64,000 bases of DNA from an uncultured bacterium (lineage in GTDB: Bacteria > Patescibacteriota > JACMRA01), in the NCBI GenBank assembly GCA_963704645.1, contig OY969926.1, forward strand, positions 544,001 through 608,000, read 5' to 3'. The position numbers and the translations under genes are program-made. Below the pieces are notes generated by a model, which was not told where the DNA came from, ran no database searches, and worked only from the letters and a program-made list of their open reading frames with translations. This document shows positions 46,359-56,058 of this stretch, piece after piece; within the stretch, counting starts at the first letter, position 1; every line of letters starts with the position of its first letter.

Positions 46359-46760
46359 ATGAACAAATATCGTGAATATATAAATGAAATAGTACAATTC
46401 TATTTAACATTACTAAAATATTTATTTCTAAGCTTAATTGTATTTATTAGTAGCCTGTACAATTTCTACTTAATATCATTTTATTTACCATCCTTAATTT
46501 TGGCTTATCCAGGTATTAACCGCAGGTCTGAATTTAAAATAGAAAACCAAGCTTGTTTAAATTATATTATTCAAGAAAGAGGTGAACCAGATTTAGATGG
46601 TCTTTACATACCGTTTACCATTGGCGTTATAATTGCATCTGTTACTCTTGGACATACACCAGATTTACCTAACAACTATATAGTTACAGTACAGAAATTT
46701 GGGTGGTTTGGTCTTCCTAGAGGCTATACTGTTGTTAATTGTGCAAATTATATAATTTAA
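46359..46760 (+). CDS. membrane-anchored hypothetical protein
   Basis: Hydrophobic N-terminus; follows the orphan remnant. Confidence 0.55.
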   Translation: MNKYREYINEIVQFYLTLLKYLFLSLIVFISSLYNFYLISFYLPSLILAYPGINRRSEFKIENQACLNYIIQERGEPDLDGLYIPFTIGVIIASVTLGHTPDLPNNYIVTVQKFGWFGLPRGYTVVNCANYII

Positions 46761-46837
46761 AACCATTACACTAGTTCAAATTAATATTTTAAACCAAAAT
46801 CCTTGACCAACCTAAACCACCAGCTTAAACCTAAATC

Positions 46838-48535
46838 ATGATAGTTTATTGGCTAAGAAAAGAGTTTAGAACTGGGGATAATCCCGCTTTGTTTCAGGCT
46901 GTAAAAAGGTCTAAAGAAACTGGTTTGCCTTTGCTAGTTTTGTTTTGTTTGGATGATAATATTTTGGATGTTAAAAATAATATTGGCTTTCCACGGCGTT
47001 ACCATTTGTCTAAATTGTTGGCCAATTTTAAAGCTGAAAACCCTTATTTTCAAATTGCGCATCAATCACCGAACTCCGTTTTTGAAACACTTTCTAAACA
47101 TAATAAAATTGAAGTTTGGGCTAACGCCGATGTTGAACCTTACCCAAAACTTAGAGACAAAAGCATTTATGAAATTCTGCAAAAAAATGGAAGTAACATA
47201 ACTTTTGTAGCCGATCAACTAAGTATTAACCCAGAAACTAGAAGTAAGGAAGGTAATTTGTATCAAGTTTTTACCCCATTTAAAAATAATGTTTGGCAGC
47301 AGTTTATTTCGTCTAAAGTTTTACCAGTACCGAATTTTGAAGGGGTGAATTTTCTAGCTTTAAATCCATTAATTTTTAAATTAATTCAAACTGATGATGA
47401 GGAAAATTTGGGTCGCCAATTATCCAATAAAGTCCAAAGCGAAGTTGATAATCAAGATACAGTTTGGCCTATTTCCTCGCTAGCTTTGGATACTAAAATA
47501 TCATCAGCCCAACTAAACTCGAATTTAATTCTACCAAATAAAAACCAAGAAATTTATAATCAAATTCAAGCTAAATTGTGGAAAATTTTGGATACTCCTT
47601 GGACTTTGTGTTACCGAGACAGCTATGCCTCAAATCTAACAGCAGAAGAAAAGTTGCATAACTCTAAAGTTATAAATTTAGACGAAATTTTAACTAGGCC
47701 AAATTTAGACAATTGGGCTACTACAGAAGCTTCAGCTCAAGCCAACGCAATTCAGTTTATTGACTCAAAGTTGAACAATTACAAAGAGGGGAGAGATGAT
47801 TTATCTACTATTGGAACCAGCCAATTAAGCATGGCTTTGAAGTGGGGTTTAATTTCTAGCAGATGGTTAGTAGGGCAAATTAGGCCAACTTTGAATACCG
47901 AAAATGTGGAAACTGAAAATATTGGAGCTACAACTTTTGTTTCAGAATTAATTTGGCGAGAATTTTACAGATATATTTTATGGCATAATCCGCAGGTTAT
48001 GAACCTAGAATTTCAACCTAAATTCACTAAGAAAAATGAAGATGGTAATTTAGTTTCTAACATAAATTGGATTTCTGGAGAGCAATCACATCAACGTTTT
48101 TTGTCTTGGATTAAGGCTCAAACAGGTTACCCTTTGGTAGATGCTGGCATGCAGGAAATTGCTCAAACTGGCTATATGCATAACCGTACCAGAATGGTAG
48201 TAGCTTCTATTTTAACTAAAAACTTGGGTGTTGACTGGCGATGGGGGCAAGATTATTTTAGAGCTTTGTTAATAGATTTAGACGAAGCTTCTAACAACGG
48301 AGGTTGGCAATGGGCGGCTTCAACAGGTGCAGACCCTAAGCCAATTCGTATTTTTAACCCGTATCTTCAAGCCGAAAAGTACGATTCCAAAAATATTTAC
48401 CAACAAAAATGGCTTCCTAAAAATTATACCGCAAACCCAATTGTTCCACATGAACAAGCCAGAAAAGATGCTATGGCCAGGTATGGTTTAGGAGAAACCA
48501 AAAATTTCCAAGAGGGAAGTAAGCCTTTGTTTTAA
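46838..48535 (+). CDS. phrB: DNA photolyase (class I CPD-type)
   Basis: WLRKEFRTGDNPAL, TSQLS, ELIWREFY, TGYPLVDAGM, MHNRTRM, NNGGWQW and RIFNP. Confidence 0.93.
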   Translation: MIVYWLRKEFRTGDNPALFQAVKRSKETGLPLLVLFCLDDNILDVKNNIGFPRRYHLSKLLANFKAENPYFQIAHQSPNSVFETLSKHNKIEVWANADVEPYPKLRDKSIYEILQKNGSNITFVADQLSINPETRSKEGNLYQVFTPFKNNVWQQFISSKVLPVPNFEGVNFLALNPLIFKLIQTDDEENLGRQLSNKVQSEVDNQDTVWPISSLALDTKISSAQLNSNLILPNKNQEIYNQIQAKLWKILDTPWTLCYRDSYASNLTAEEKLHNSKVINLDEILTRPNLDNWATTEASAQANAIQFIDSKLNNYKEGRDDLSTIGTSQLSMALKWGLISSRWLVGQIRPTLNTENVETENIGATTFVSELIWREFYRYILWHNPQVMNLEFQPKFTKKNEDGNLVSNINWISGEQSHQRFLSWIKAQTGYPLVDAGMQEIAQTGYMHNRTRMVVASILTKNLGVDWRWGQDYFRALLIDLDEASNNGGWQWAASTGADPKPIRIFNPYLQAEKYDSKNIYQQKWLPKNYTANPIVPHEQARKDAMARYGLGETKNFQEGSKPLF

Positions 48536-48591
48536 AAAGTTAGAAGTAATTAAAAAAACTTGCAGCTATATAAAATGTATGCTTTTAATTT

Positions 48592-48774
48592 ATGAATTGG
48601 ATACTTTATAACAATTTTGGTGAGGTAAATATGATGCGATGGTTTCTGTACGGTATTTTATTGTGTCTGCTGTGTGCTATTGGAGCTAACTTTATCACTT
48701 GGGCTATGTTTAACAGTATGGAATTACAACCTGCTTCTTCTCAAGATTCTCATGAGGAGGAAATCGTAAAATAA
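48592..48774 (+). CDS. small membrane protein
   Basis: One TM; followed by a hairpin at 48784-48805. Confidence 0.45.
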   Translation: MNWILYNNFGEVNMMRWFLYGILLCLLCAIGANFITWAMFNSMELQPASSQDSHEEEIVK

Positions 48775-48846
48775 CAATTTTAAAACTCCTGCAAATGTGG
48801 GAGTTCAATTTTTGACAAAACTGTATTATCAAGGCTAAATGCAAAG

Positions 48847-49287
48847 GTGATTGGTGAAGTAAGATTATATTTTTTGCACTTGCTGAATAAGCGAGATTAT
48901 ACTATTGGCGAGTTATATAGCAAAGCTTTGGTGCGCAAATATGGTATCGCCGATGTTAAGGAAGCAATCTCTACTTTACAGTCTGAAAACGTAGTAAACG
49001 ACTTTAGATATGCAACTAATTTAGCTGAAGTTTATTTGGGTAAAAAAGGTAAAAGATACTTTGAATTAAAGTTGAAAAAACATCTTTTGCCGCCAAGTAT
49101 TGTTCAGCAAGAATTAGAAAAATTTGAAGAGTTTTATTCGCCAGATTCCAAAAGAAGATTGCTAGAAAAATACAGAAACTTAGATTTCCAAAATTTAACT
49201 TACCCGGAAAAAGCAAAAATTCTTAACTTCTTAGCCCGTCAAGGTTTTACCAATCCAAATCAAATATTACAACAAATTTTAAACTAA
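48847..49287 (+). CDS. recX: RecX regulatory protein
   Basis: LLNKRDYTIGEL, VNDFRYA, KKG and FLARQGF. Confidence 0.85.
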   Translation: MIGEVRLYFLHLLNKRDYTIGELYSKALVRKYGIADVKEAISTLQSENVVNDFRYATNLAEVYLGKKGKRYFELKLKKHLLPPSIVQQELEKFEEFYSPDSKRRLLEKYRNLDFQNLTYPEKAKILNFLARQGFTNPNQILQQILN

Positions 49288-49297
49288 AATAATTATT

Positions 49298-49606
49298 ATG
49301 GCCAGAAAAGAAACATCAACAGTTGCCTCATCAGGTACAACAAGCTATCTAGTAGCTGGAATTGGCACCAACGGTGGTGTAACTCCAAGAGATTTTATGA
49401 CAGACACATTTGGAAGATATGAAAATGTTACTGTTTTTGAATGTGATAAGGAAGATTTAGACAAACTTGGTAAAGATTTAAAGTATACCCGAGAGTCATT
49501 TATTGTAATAATCAACGATGGAGATCTTTGGAACTTAGACTCTACTTTAAGGAAAAACCCTTCGATTGATTCTTCACAATATCAATATTTTTTAGTAAAA
49601 GCATAA
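49298..49606 (+). CDS. hypothetical protein
   Basis: 102 aa ORF between recX and eno. Confidence 0.65.
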   Translation: MARKETSTVASSGTTSYLVAGIGTNGGVTPRDFMTDTFGRYENVTVFECDKEDLDKLGKDLKYTRESFIVIINDGDLWNLDSTLRKNPSIDSSQYQYFLVKA

Positions 49607-49636
49607 TCATTCCCTAACATTTACTCTTATTTTTTT

Positions 49637-50899
49637 ATGGCTATAGTTAATTTTCTTCAGGCATCTTGGATTTTAGATTCACGTGGTTTTCCTACGGTGA
49701 ATGTGCAAATTGGATTGGAACAAAACGGGCGAAAGGTTGTTGAAAGTGCTGCTGTTCCAAGTGGGGCAAGTACAGGTTCTCACGAGGCTTTAGAGCTACG
49801 TGATGGTGGTAAAGATTTTATGGGGAAAGGCGTAGAAAAAGCAGTGCAAAATATTAATGAAACTATTTTAAACCGTTTGCATTATCGTGAATTTACAACC
49901 GCTTCTGAAATTGATGAAGCAATTATTGAATTAGATGGAACTGCAAACTTTAACAATTTAGGTGCCAATGCTTCTTTAGCTGTTTCCATGGCTGCACATA
50001 GGGCCTTTGCAAATTTGGCTGGTTTGGAACTTTGGCAATATTTACGCAGAATTTATTTTTCTTATTATCCTGCCAAATCTAGGTTTCCTAAATTAATGTG
50101 CAATGTTGTAAATGGCGGAGCACATGCCGATAATGGCTTGCAAATTCAGGAATTCATGATTGTGCCAAACACTAGAAACCTGCAAACTGACGTTCAATTA
50201 AGCAGCGAAGTTTATCATAAACTAAAGTCTATCTTAAAAGAAAAAGGTTTTTCTACTGGTGTAGGTGATGAAGGTGGTTTTGCCCCTGCAATTAAACTTT
50301 CAACCGAAGTTTTATCTTTATTAAGCAGTGCAATTGAACAAGCTGGATATACTTCCCTAGATTGTAACTTGGCTTTAGATGTAGCTGCAACTGAACTATT
50401 TAACAAAGAAACTGAAAAATATTCTATAGATGGTCAGGAACTTACCCGCGCTGAATTAACAGAATTCTATTCTAATTTATGCGACGAATTTAACCTAATT
50501 TCTATTGAAGATGGTTTTTCTGAAGATGATGTTTTGGGATGGCAAATGTTAACTAAAAAAATTGGTGCAAAAAGAATGTTAGTGGGTGATGACTTATTTG
50601 TAACCAACACTGAAAGATTAGAAAGTATCGGCTTGGCACAAGAAGCTGGTAATTCTATTTTAATTAAACCTAATCAAATTGGAACTATTTTGCAAACTTG
50701 TAAAACAATTGAACTGGCTAAAAATAACAGTTTTGCTACAATTATTTCTCATAGAAGCGGCGAAACTTCAGACACTTTCATCTCCGATTTAGCCGTAGCA
50801 AGTCAAAGTGAGTTTATTAAACTTGGGGCACCTTGTAGAGGGGAAAGAGTTGCTAAATACAATAGATTGCTAGAAATTCAATCTCAAATTGAAAATTAG
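49637..50899 (+). CDS. eno: enolase
   Basis: DSRGFPTV, VPSGASTG, VGDEGG, KPNQIG and SHRSGET. Confidence 0.98.
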   Translation: MAIVNFLQASWILDSRGFPTVNVQIGLEQNGRKVVESAAVPSGASTGSHEALELRDGGKDFMGKGVEKAVQNINETILNRLHYREFTTASEIDEAIIELDGTANFNNLGANASLAVSMAAHRAFANLAGLELWQYLRRIYFSYYPAKSRFPKLMCNVVNGGAHADNGLQIQEFMIVPNTRNLQTDVQLSSEVYHKLKSILKEKGFSTGVGDEGGFAPAIKLSTEVLSLLSSAIEQAGYTSLDCNLALDVAATELFNKETEKYSIDGQELTRAELTEFYSNLCDEFNLISIEDGFSEDDVLGWQMLTKKIGAKRMLVGDDLFVTNTERLESIGLAQEAGNSILIKPNQIGTILQTCKTIELAKNNSFATIISHRSGETSDTFISDLAVASQSEFIKLGAPCRGERVAKYNRLLEIQSQIEN

Positions 50900-50905
50900 A
50901 TTTTT

Positions 50906-51439
50906 ATGCCAATAAAGAAGATTGGAGCAAGCTATTTATCAGGAGCATTTTGTTTAATTGTTTCTTTTTTCTTCTTATCCATTGGGTTTCTTGCTCTAGT
51001 TAGTAATCCAACAAACTTACCGGGTATATTTCTATTTTGGGGAAGTTTAACTATTTTCATTTTAGTAATAATAAGTCTTCTTCCAAATTCTACATTTATA
51101 AGCTTGAACAATGAAGGAATACAAATTCATACTTTCTACAAAAACAAGTTTATTTTCTATAAAGATATAGAACTTATAGATATTTATAAAGCTAGAAGGA
51201 GTAGGTCAATTGGTATAAGGTATAATCAAAAATATCTTGAGCATATTAATGCATCGCTAACTTGGCAGAAAAAAGTAAACACTATGCTTTCAGGTATGCA
51301 TGAGTTTTTGCCAACGATGTTCCTTGATTACAATATTGATAAACTAAACTACATTCTAAATAGCTATCTACTTAAATACAGACATTTGCAAAACCCTGAT
51401 AAAATTTTGGATGAAGCTCCAGATTTAAGCACGTTATAA
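50906..51439 (+). CDS. hypothetical membrane protein (2 TM plus PH-like domain)
   Basis: Two TMs, then ISLNNEGI...IFYKDI. Confidence 0.6.
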   Translation: MPIKKIGASYLSGAFCLIVSFFFLSIGFLALVSNPTNLPGIFLFWGSLTIFILVIISLLPNSTFISLNNEGIQIHTFYKNKFIFYKDIELIDIYKARRSRSIGIRYNQKYLEHINASLTWQKKVNTMLSGMHEFLPTMFLDYNIDKLNYILNSYLLKYRHLQNPDKILDEAPDLSTL

Positions 51440-51520
51440 TCAATTAAAACCTGTTCACAAAATCCATACCTTTTTAATGTTTGACTAAGCTAAATTTTTG
51501 TGCTACTAAAGGTGGTTAAT

Positions 51521-52300
51521 ATGAAGTTTTTAGCGAACAAAACTAAGGTCAATAACCGTGAGTTTATGCTTATTGTTATGCTGTTTTTATCCACTTTAGT
51601 TTGTGGAAAGTCTATTAGTTTAAATTTAACAAATGTACCAAGTTTTTCTTTAGGGGAAGTAAGTGTTCAGGCCGAATCTATTTCTGAAAGTTTGGGTAGT
51701 ACGTCAGTTTCAGCAGAAGCTATTCCAGAAGTTGAAGTTGCTCCTAAGAAGGAAGTTGCTAAAGTTGAGTTGGTGAAAAGTGCTAATGTTTCATCTACAA
51801 AACCTAAAAGCGTTGCTCCAGCTGGCACTTCAAATTTATCTTTGCTTACAATTCCGTCTATAAATTTAAGCACTAATGTAGACTTTGCCTCAGTTACAAA
51901 TTTACCTGTTCTAGAAAAAAAACTTCTGTATAACCCACTTGTGGAAAGTACATTAAGCTCAGACTTTTGCGGTATTGGTTTAGCTACTTACGTTTATGGC
52001 CACTCTGAACCTGCAGTTAATGGAACAGAAAATTACCCAGCCACAAGAGTTTTCAAAAACTTAGATCAGCTAGTTGTGGGTCAGCAAATTCAAGCTTCAA
52101 ATACTAAGGGCCAAAGCTGCTCTTATAAAATAAATGAAATTTTTGTTGTAGTTACAGATAATAAAGATCAGGTAACTAATGAAGATTATGCTAAACTTTT
52201 TTACCCAGCTTTGCTTGAAGATAAAAGTATTTTAACCTTGCAAACTTGTGTTAAAGGTTCTGCTACACACCGTTTAATTATTCGAGCTATTTCTGTTTAA
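51521..52300 (+). CDS. sortase family protein
   Basis: YGHS, FKNLDQL, LTLQTC and RLIIRA provide the His/Cys/Arg triad; N-terminal anchor. Confidence 0.85.
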   Translation: MKFLANKTKVNNREFMLIVMLFLSTLVCGKSISLNLTNVPSFSLGEVSVQAESISESLGSTSVSAEAIPEVEVAPKKEVAKVELVKSANVSSTKPKSVAPAGTSNLSLLTIPSINLSTNVDFASVTNLPVLEKKLLYNPLVESTLSSDFCGIGLATYVYGHSEPAVNGTENYPATRVFKNLDQLVVGQQIQASNTKGQSCSYKINEIFVVVTDNKDQVTNEDYAKLFYPALLEDKSILTLQTCVKGSATHRLIIRAISV

Positions 52301-52310
52301 TTTAGTCATT

Positions 52311-53600
52311 ATGTCTCGGCTTAAAATTTCAGACAGCACCTTAAAAAAACTGTTTGCTTTGTCAGGTAATTGCTGCGCTTTTCCAAATTGTACTCAAAAA
52401 CTTATTGATGATTCTGGTAATTTAATTGCTCAAATTTGCCATATTGAAGCGGCTAATGTTGAAGGTCAGCGATACAATCCTAATCAAAATGATGAAGAAA
52501 GAAGAGACTTTTCTAATTTGGTTATAATGTGCCCCAATCATCACAAAATTACAGATGATGTGGAAAAATATTCTACGCCACTTCTGCAAAAAATTAAAGC
52601 CGACCACGAGGCTAAGTTTAAGAACAAAAACCAGCAATTTGAACTTGAAAAAGAAGCTTTGCAAAAAATTTCTGAACAAGTAAATAACTTTAATTTTGAA
52701 AACAATTCTGGCCAGCAAAATTTAAATCAGGGTGGAACGCAAATTATTCAAAATGGTTTAACGGTTACAGAAACAAGACAAATAGTTTCAGACCAAATTT
52801 ACCCAGTAGTGGAAGAATTGAAGAAGAATTTTATTCACCTTTCTAAGGAATCTAAAAAAACTGTAGACGAAAGAATTCAAAGTTTTCTAGTTGATAATTT
52901 TACTCCAAAATTTATAGAACTTACAAGTCGTGTAAATAATTTGGAGGTCAGGTTAAAAAGCCCAGATGTTCAATATTCTTTCAATCAAGTTTTGCAAGCT
53001 GTTGGTCGAAGATCTTCTCCAAGTTTCAATCAAAGTTTAGCCAATTTAATGATAGCTAGAATTGAAAGCGAAGATAATTCCGCTGAAGCCTTAATTTACA
53101 ACGAAGCCATAGCAGTTTTCCCAAAGTTAACCAGTACTCAGCTTGGGATTTTGAGCCTTGCGTTTTTAACTCACTCAGTTGAATCAGGCGAGGATGTTAA
53201 GTCTGATGAACAAATTATAGAATTACTGGAATCTAGGTTCGGTTGGCTAGAAAATAATAATTTTGGCGTTCAGAAAATGAAGGAAATTGATTTCTCTCAT
53301 CTTGAGTACGCTGGAGCAGCTAATGTATCTACTCAACAATACAATTTTGATAGTGTAGTAACAAACTACAAATTTTTTGGAGAGTATTTAGGAGAAGATT
53401 TTGGCTTTAGTAGTACTTTGAAAATCAAAACTGATGTACAGCAAGAAATAAAATCTAAAATAGTTGCTTTCTATAATTTATATTCAAATAATCCTATTTC
53501 CACAGTTCGGCTAACTTCTGTGGGAACGGTTCTAGCAATTCACTGGTTAAAAATTATAGCTAACTTGGATTTTGAGACTGGTCTGTGGTTACAAATTTAA
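52311..53600 (+). CDS. HNH endonuclease fused to an LPO_1073/Vpar_1526-like domain
   Basis: LFALSGNCCAFPNC, CHIEA and NLVIMCPNHH; C-terminal SPDVQY...PKLT..QL..LSL.F. Confidence 0.75.
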   Translation: MSRLKISDSTLKKLFALSGNCCAFPNCTQKLIDDSGNLIAQICHIEAANVEGQRYNPNQNDEERRDFSNLVIMCPNHHKITDDVEKYSTPLLQKIKADHEAKFKNKNQQFELEKEALQKISEQVNNFNFENNSGQQNLNQGGTQIIQNGLTVTETRQIVSDQIYPVVEELKKNFIHLSKESKKTVDERIQSFLVDNFTPKFIELTSRVNNLEVRLKSPDVQYSFNQVLQAVGRRSSPSFNQSLANLMIARIESEDNSAEALIYNEAIAVFPKLTSTQLGILSLAFLTHSVESGEDVKSDEQIIELLESRFGWLENNNFGVQKMKEIDFSHLEYAGAANVSTQQYNFDSVVTNYKFFGEYLGEDFGFSSTLKIKTDVQQEIKSKIVAFYNLYSNNPISTVRLTSVGTVLAIHWLKIIANLDFETGLWLQI

Positions 53601-53697
53601 CTATTGCAACTAGTTTGACTTAACCAGCTTAAAGTGTACTTGCAAAAAGTGTTTTTATATGCTGAAATTGAAATTGTTCAAGCTACATAAAAAACAA

Positions 53698-53865
53698 ATG
53701 CTTAAAAAAATTGGATTAGGGTTGCTTTCAGCCGGTGTTTTGTGGGTTTTGCTAGACTTGGCTAACAAGTCCACTGGAGATACCCAGCTTTTGTATACCT
53801 GTCTATCAGGTATCCCAGTTTTTGTTATCGGTATATTAATCTACAAAAGAGATAACAGATGGTAA
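53698..53865 (+). CDS. small 2-TM protein
   Basis: 55 aa hydrophobic ORF with its own terminator. Confidence 0.55.
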   Translation: MLKKIGLGLLSAGVLWVLLDLANKSTGDTQLLYTCLSGIPVFVIGILIYKRDNRW

Positions 53866-53897
53866 TTATACCCTAAAGATCTAGATAAATGTTCAGT

Positions 53898-53920
53898 CCT
53901 GTGTTATTTACACAGGTTTT
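53898..53920 (+). terminator. intrinsic terminator
   Basis: CCTGTGT-TATTT-ACACAGG followed by TTTT. Confidence 0.8.
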
Positions 53921-53964
53921 ATTATTGCCCAAAATGTTTTTTAAAGTTCAGCTGCTATTAAAAT

Positions 53965-54125
53965 TTGACAAAGGTAATTTTTAGTGTTATAAATTATGTA
54001 TTAAAGTAAACTAAATTACTTTAAAAGTCATCCAGGTTTCTGGATCGTACTATCACATAGGAGGTATTAAATTACAAACAACTCTTTTATCCCGGCATTC
54101 TTTGAATTCACCGGGTCTTTTAATT
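53965..54125 (+). ncRNA. candidate sRNA or leader with its own promoter and terminator
   Basis: TTGACA-17-TATAAA with TG extension; hairpins at 54001-24 and 54030-45; terminator-like CCCGG...CCGGG TCTTTT. Confidence 0.4.
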
Positions 54126-54159
54126 GCCCAAAAACTAAAAAAATATTTTGCTACAATTA

Positions 54160-55566
54160 ATGTCTTTGAAGTTAGCTTTAGCTATAGAATCTAGTTGTGA
54201 TGAAACCAGTTTGGCTATATTTTTGTTGCCTGATAATGTTCCAACCAACTTTTTAGAAAGAATAAATTCGTACGTTGTTTTGGGTTCAATTGTTTCTTCT
54301 CAAATAAAAATTCACCAAGAATATGGTGGAGTTATTCCAGAAGTTGGCGCCCGAAGCCATGCCACCCAAATTCACTATTTATGGAATTTAGTTTGGCAAC
54401 AAGCCGTAGAAAAAGCCAGTGCTATTGGAATTAATAATTTGGAAAAAACTAATTTAGAAACTATTTTGGTAACTACAAACCCTGGTTTGGTTTCAGCTTT
54501 GCGGGTAGGGCTAGAGTTTGCAAAGTCTTTAAAGTTCTTTTTAGAATTACAAAATGCCAATGTAAATATAATTCCGGTTAACCATTTGCGTGGTCATGTA
54601 GCTAGCTGCTTTTACAATTTAGATGTTAAAACTTGGCTGCTTTCTTCTTCAGATGGACCTTCTAAAAATAACTTGGAGGGTGTTAAAAACGGGGAGAAGG
54701 TCGGGGTAAATAATACTGGCATTTCAGAGGGTTCAACTACCCCGATGAATTTGTCATCACCCCTTACCAGGGGTATTGGTGATGCTGAGTCTTTGAATGT
54801 TAGAGATGAAGATTTGTTTCCGCATTTGCATTTGTTGGTTTCTGGGGGGAATACACAGTTGTTGTTGCTTAAAAGTTGGAACGATTACGAAATTATTGGT
54901 CAAACTTTAGATGATGCAATTGGTGAAAGTTTAGATAAAATTGGACGAATGGTTGGTTTGCCTTATCCAGCTGGAATTAGTGTTTCTAAAATTGCTGGAT
55001 TAGTCTGCCAAAACCCGCTTAATTTAACTATAGGAATGAAGAATGCCGAGCTTAATTTTTCCTATTCAGGTATGAAAACAGCAGTACGTTATTTAGTTCA
55101 AAGTAAACCGGAATTACTTACATTCGAAGAAAATCTTTCCAAAGAAGATGTGGACTTTTTAATTTCTAGGGCGAATTTAGAGATTGGGGAAACTACTACC
55201 CCGAAACCTTCGGTTTCGCTCTTAGACAGGGGTACTTTATCCTCTGGGTCAATTAATTCGTCCGGATTAAATCTAGCCCAGCCCGAACTTGTTGTTGGGT
55301 CTAAACTTCATTTCATTCAGCAGCTTTGTATTTCTGCTCAGTACGTGGCTATTTCCCAAATTTCCCAAAAATTTAACTTGGCTATAAATTTGCATAGTCC
55401 AAAAAGTGTAGGTGTTTCCGGTGGAGTTTCAGCTAGTTTAATGCTTCGCCAAGAATTAAAAAACATAGCAAAAAAACACCAAATTTCTAACTTGTTTATT
55501 CCACAATTAAGTTTAACAGGCGACAACGCAGTTATGATTGGTCTTGCTGGTTTAGTATCTATTTAG
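54160..55566 (+). CDS. tsaD: tRNA t6A synthesis protein TsaD with two in-frame insertions
   Basis: AIESSCDETS, YGGVIPE, NHLRGH, LLVSGGNTQ, TLDDAIGE, FSYSG.KT and DNAVMIG. Confidence 0.95.
   Translation: MSLKLALAIESSCDETSLAIFLLPDNVPTNFLERINSYVVLGSIVSSQIKIHQEYGGVIPEVGARSHATQIHYLWNLVWQQAVEKASAIGINNLEKTNLETILVTTNPGLVSALRVGLEFAKSLKFFLELQNANVNIIPVNHLRGHVASCFYNLDVKTWLLSSSDGPSKNNLEGVKNGEKVGVNNTGISEGSTTPMNLSSPLTRGIGDAESLNVRDEDLFPHLHLLVSGGNTQLLLLKSWNDYEIIGQTLDDAIGESLDKIGRMVGLPYPAGISVSKIAGLVCQNPLNLTIGMKNAELNFSYSGMKTAVRYLVQSKPELLTFEENLSKEDVDFLISRANLEIGETTTPKPSVSLLDRGTLSSGSINSSGLNLAQPELVVGSKLHFIQQLCISAQYVAISQISQKFNLAINLHSPKSVGVSGGVSASLMLRQELKNIAKKHQISNLFIPQLSLTGDNAVMIGLAGLVSI
54736..54777 (+). repeat. 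42-bp coding double-hairpin element, copy 1
   Basis: ACTACCCC GATGAA TTT GTCATC A CCCCT TACC AGGGG TATT = TTPMNLSSPLTRGI. Confidence 0.85.
55195..55236 (+). repeat. 42-bp coding double-hairpin element, copy 2
   Basis: ACTACCCC GAAACC TTC GGTTTC G CTCTT AGAC AGGGG TACT = TTPKPSVSLLDRGT. Confidence 0.85.
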
Positions 55567-55606
55567 TCTGAGCACAAAAAAAGTAGCGTGTTGCTACTTG
55601 CTAGTT

Positions 55607-55912
55607 TTAATTAATCATTTCCTGATAATACTCTATAGGCATTGTTGGCAATCCAAAATCAATTCTCCTAGATAAAGAACTGGAAATTTGAAGAACAGCA
55701 ATGATAGTAATTTCCCCACTAGTAACTGTTACTACGTTATATTCTTGACCAGGCCAATTGTTGATTTGTTTCAGGTCATCACGGTGAACTAAGCCCAAAT
55801 TGTCTTTACTAACTAAACTTTTAACTGCGGGTGCATGATAATGTTTAGTCTGAACTTTAAACTGTCTTCTTATACTATTTCCTTCATCCAAGACAAAAAT
55901 TACTTGCTTCAT
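55607..55912 (-). CDS. hypothetical protein
   Basis: 101 aa ORF convergent with tsaD; shared hairpin at 55581-55599. Confidence 0.55.
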   Translation of the reverse strand: MKQVIFVLDEGNSIRRQFKVQTKHYHAPAVKSLVSKDNLGLVHRDDLKQINNWPGQEYNVVTVTSGEITIIAVLQISSSLSRRIDFGLPTMPIEYYQEMIN

Positions 55913-56058
55913 TAATGTTTTCCAAAACTAGTAATTCAGTAATAACAAAAGCCATTATCCTGTCAAAATAAATTTGATTTGCAATAAACCAAACAATTTG
56001 AATTACTAGAAATATACTTTCAAAAGCTGAAATAAGCAGCAAAACCAAACTACCTTCA

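Noticed and set aside
54620-55310. Inteins or introns explaining the tsaD inserts
   Set aside because: The inserts are only about 50-60 codons, stay in frame and lack intein terminal residues or intron cores.
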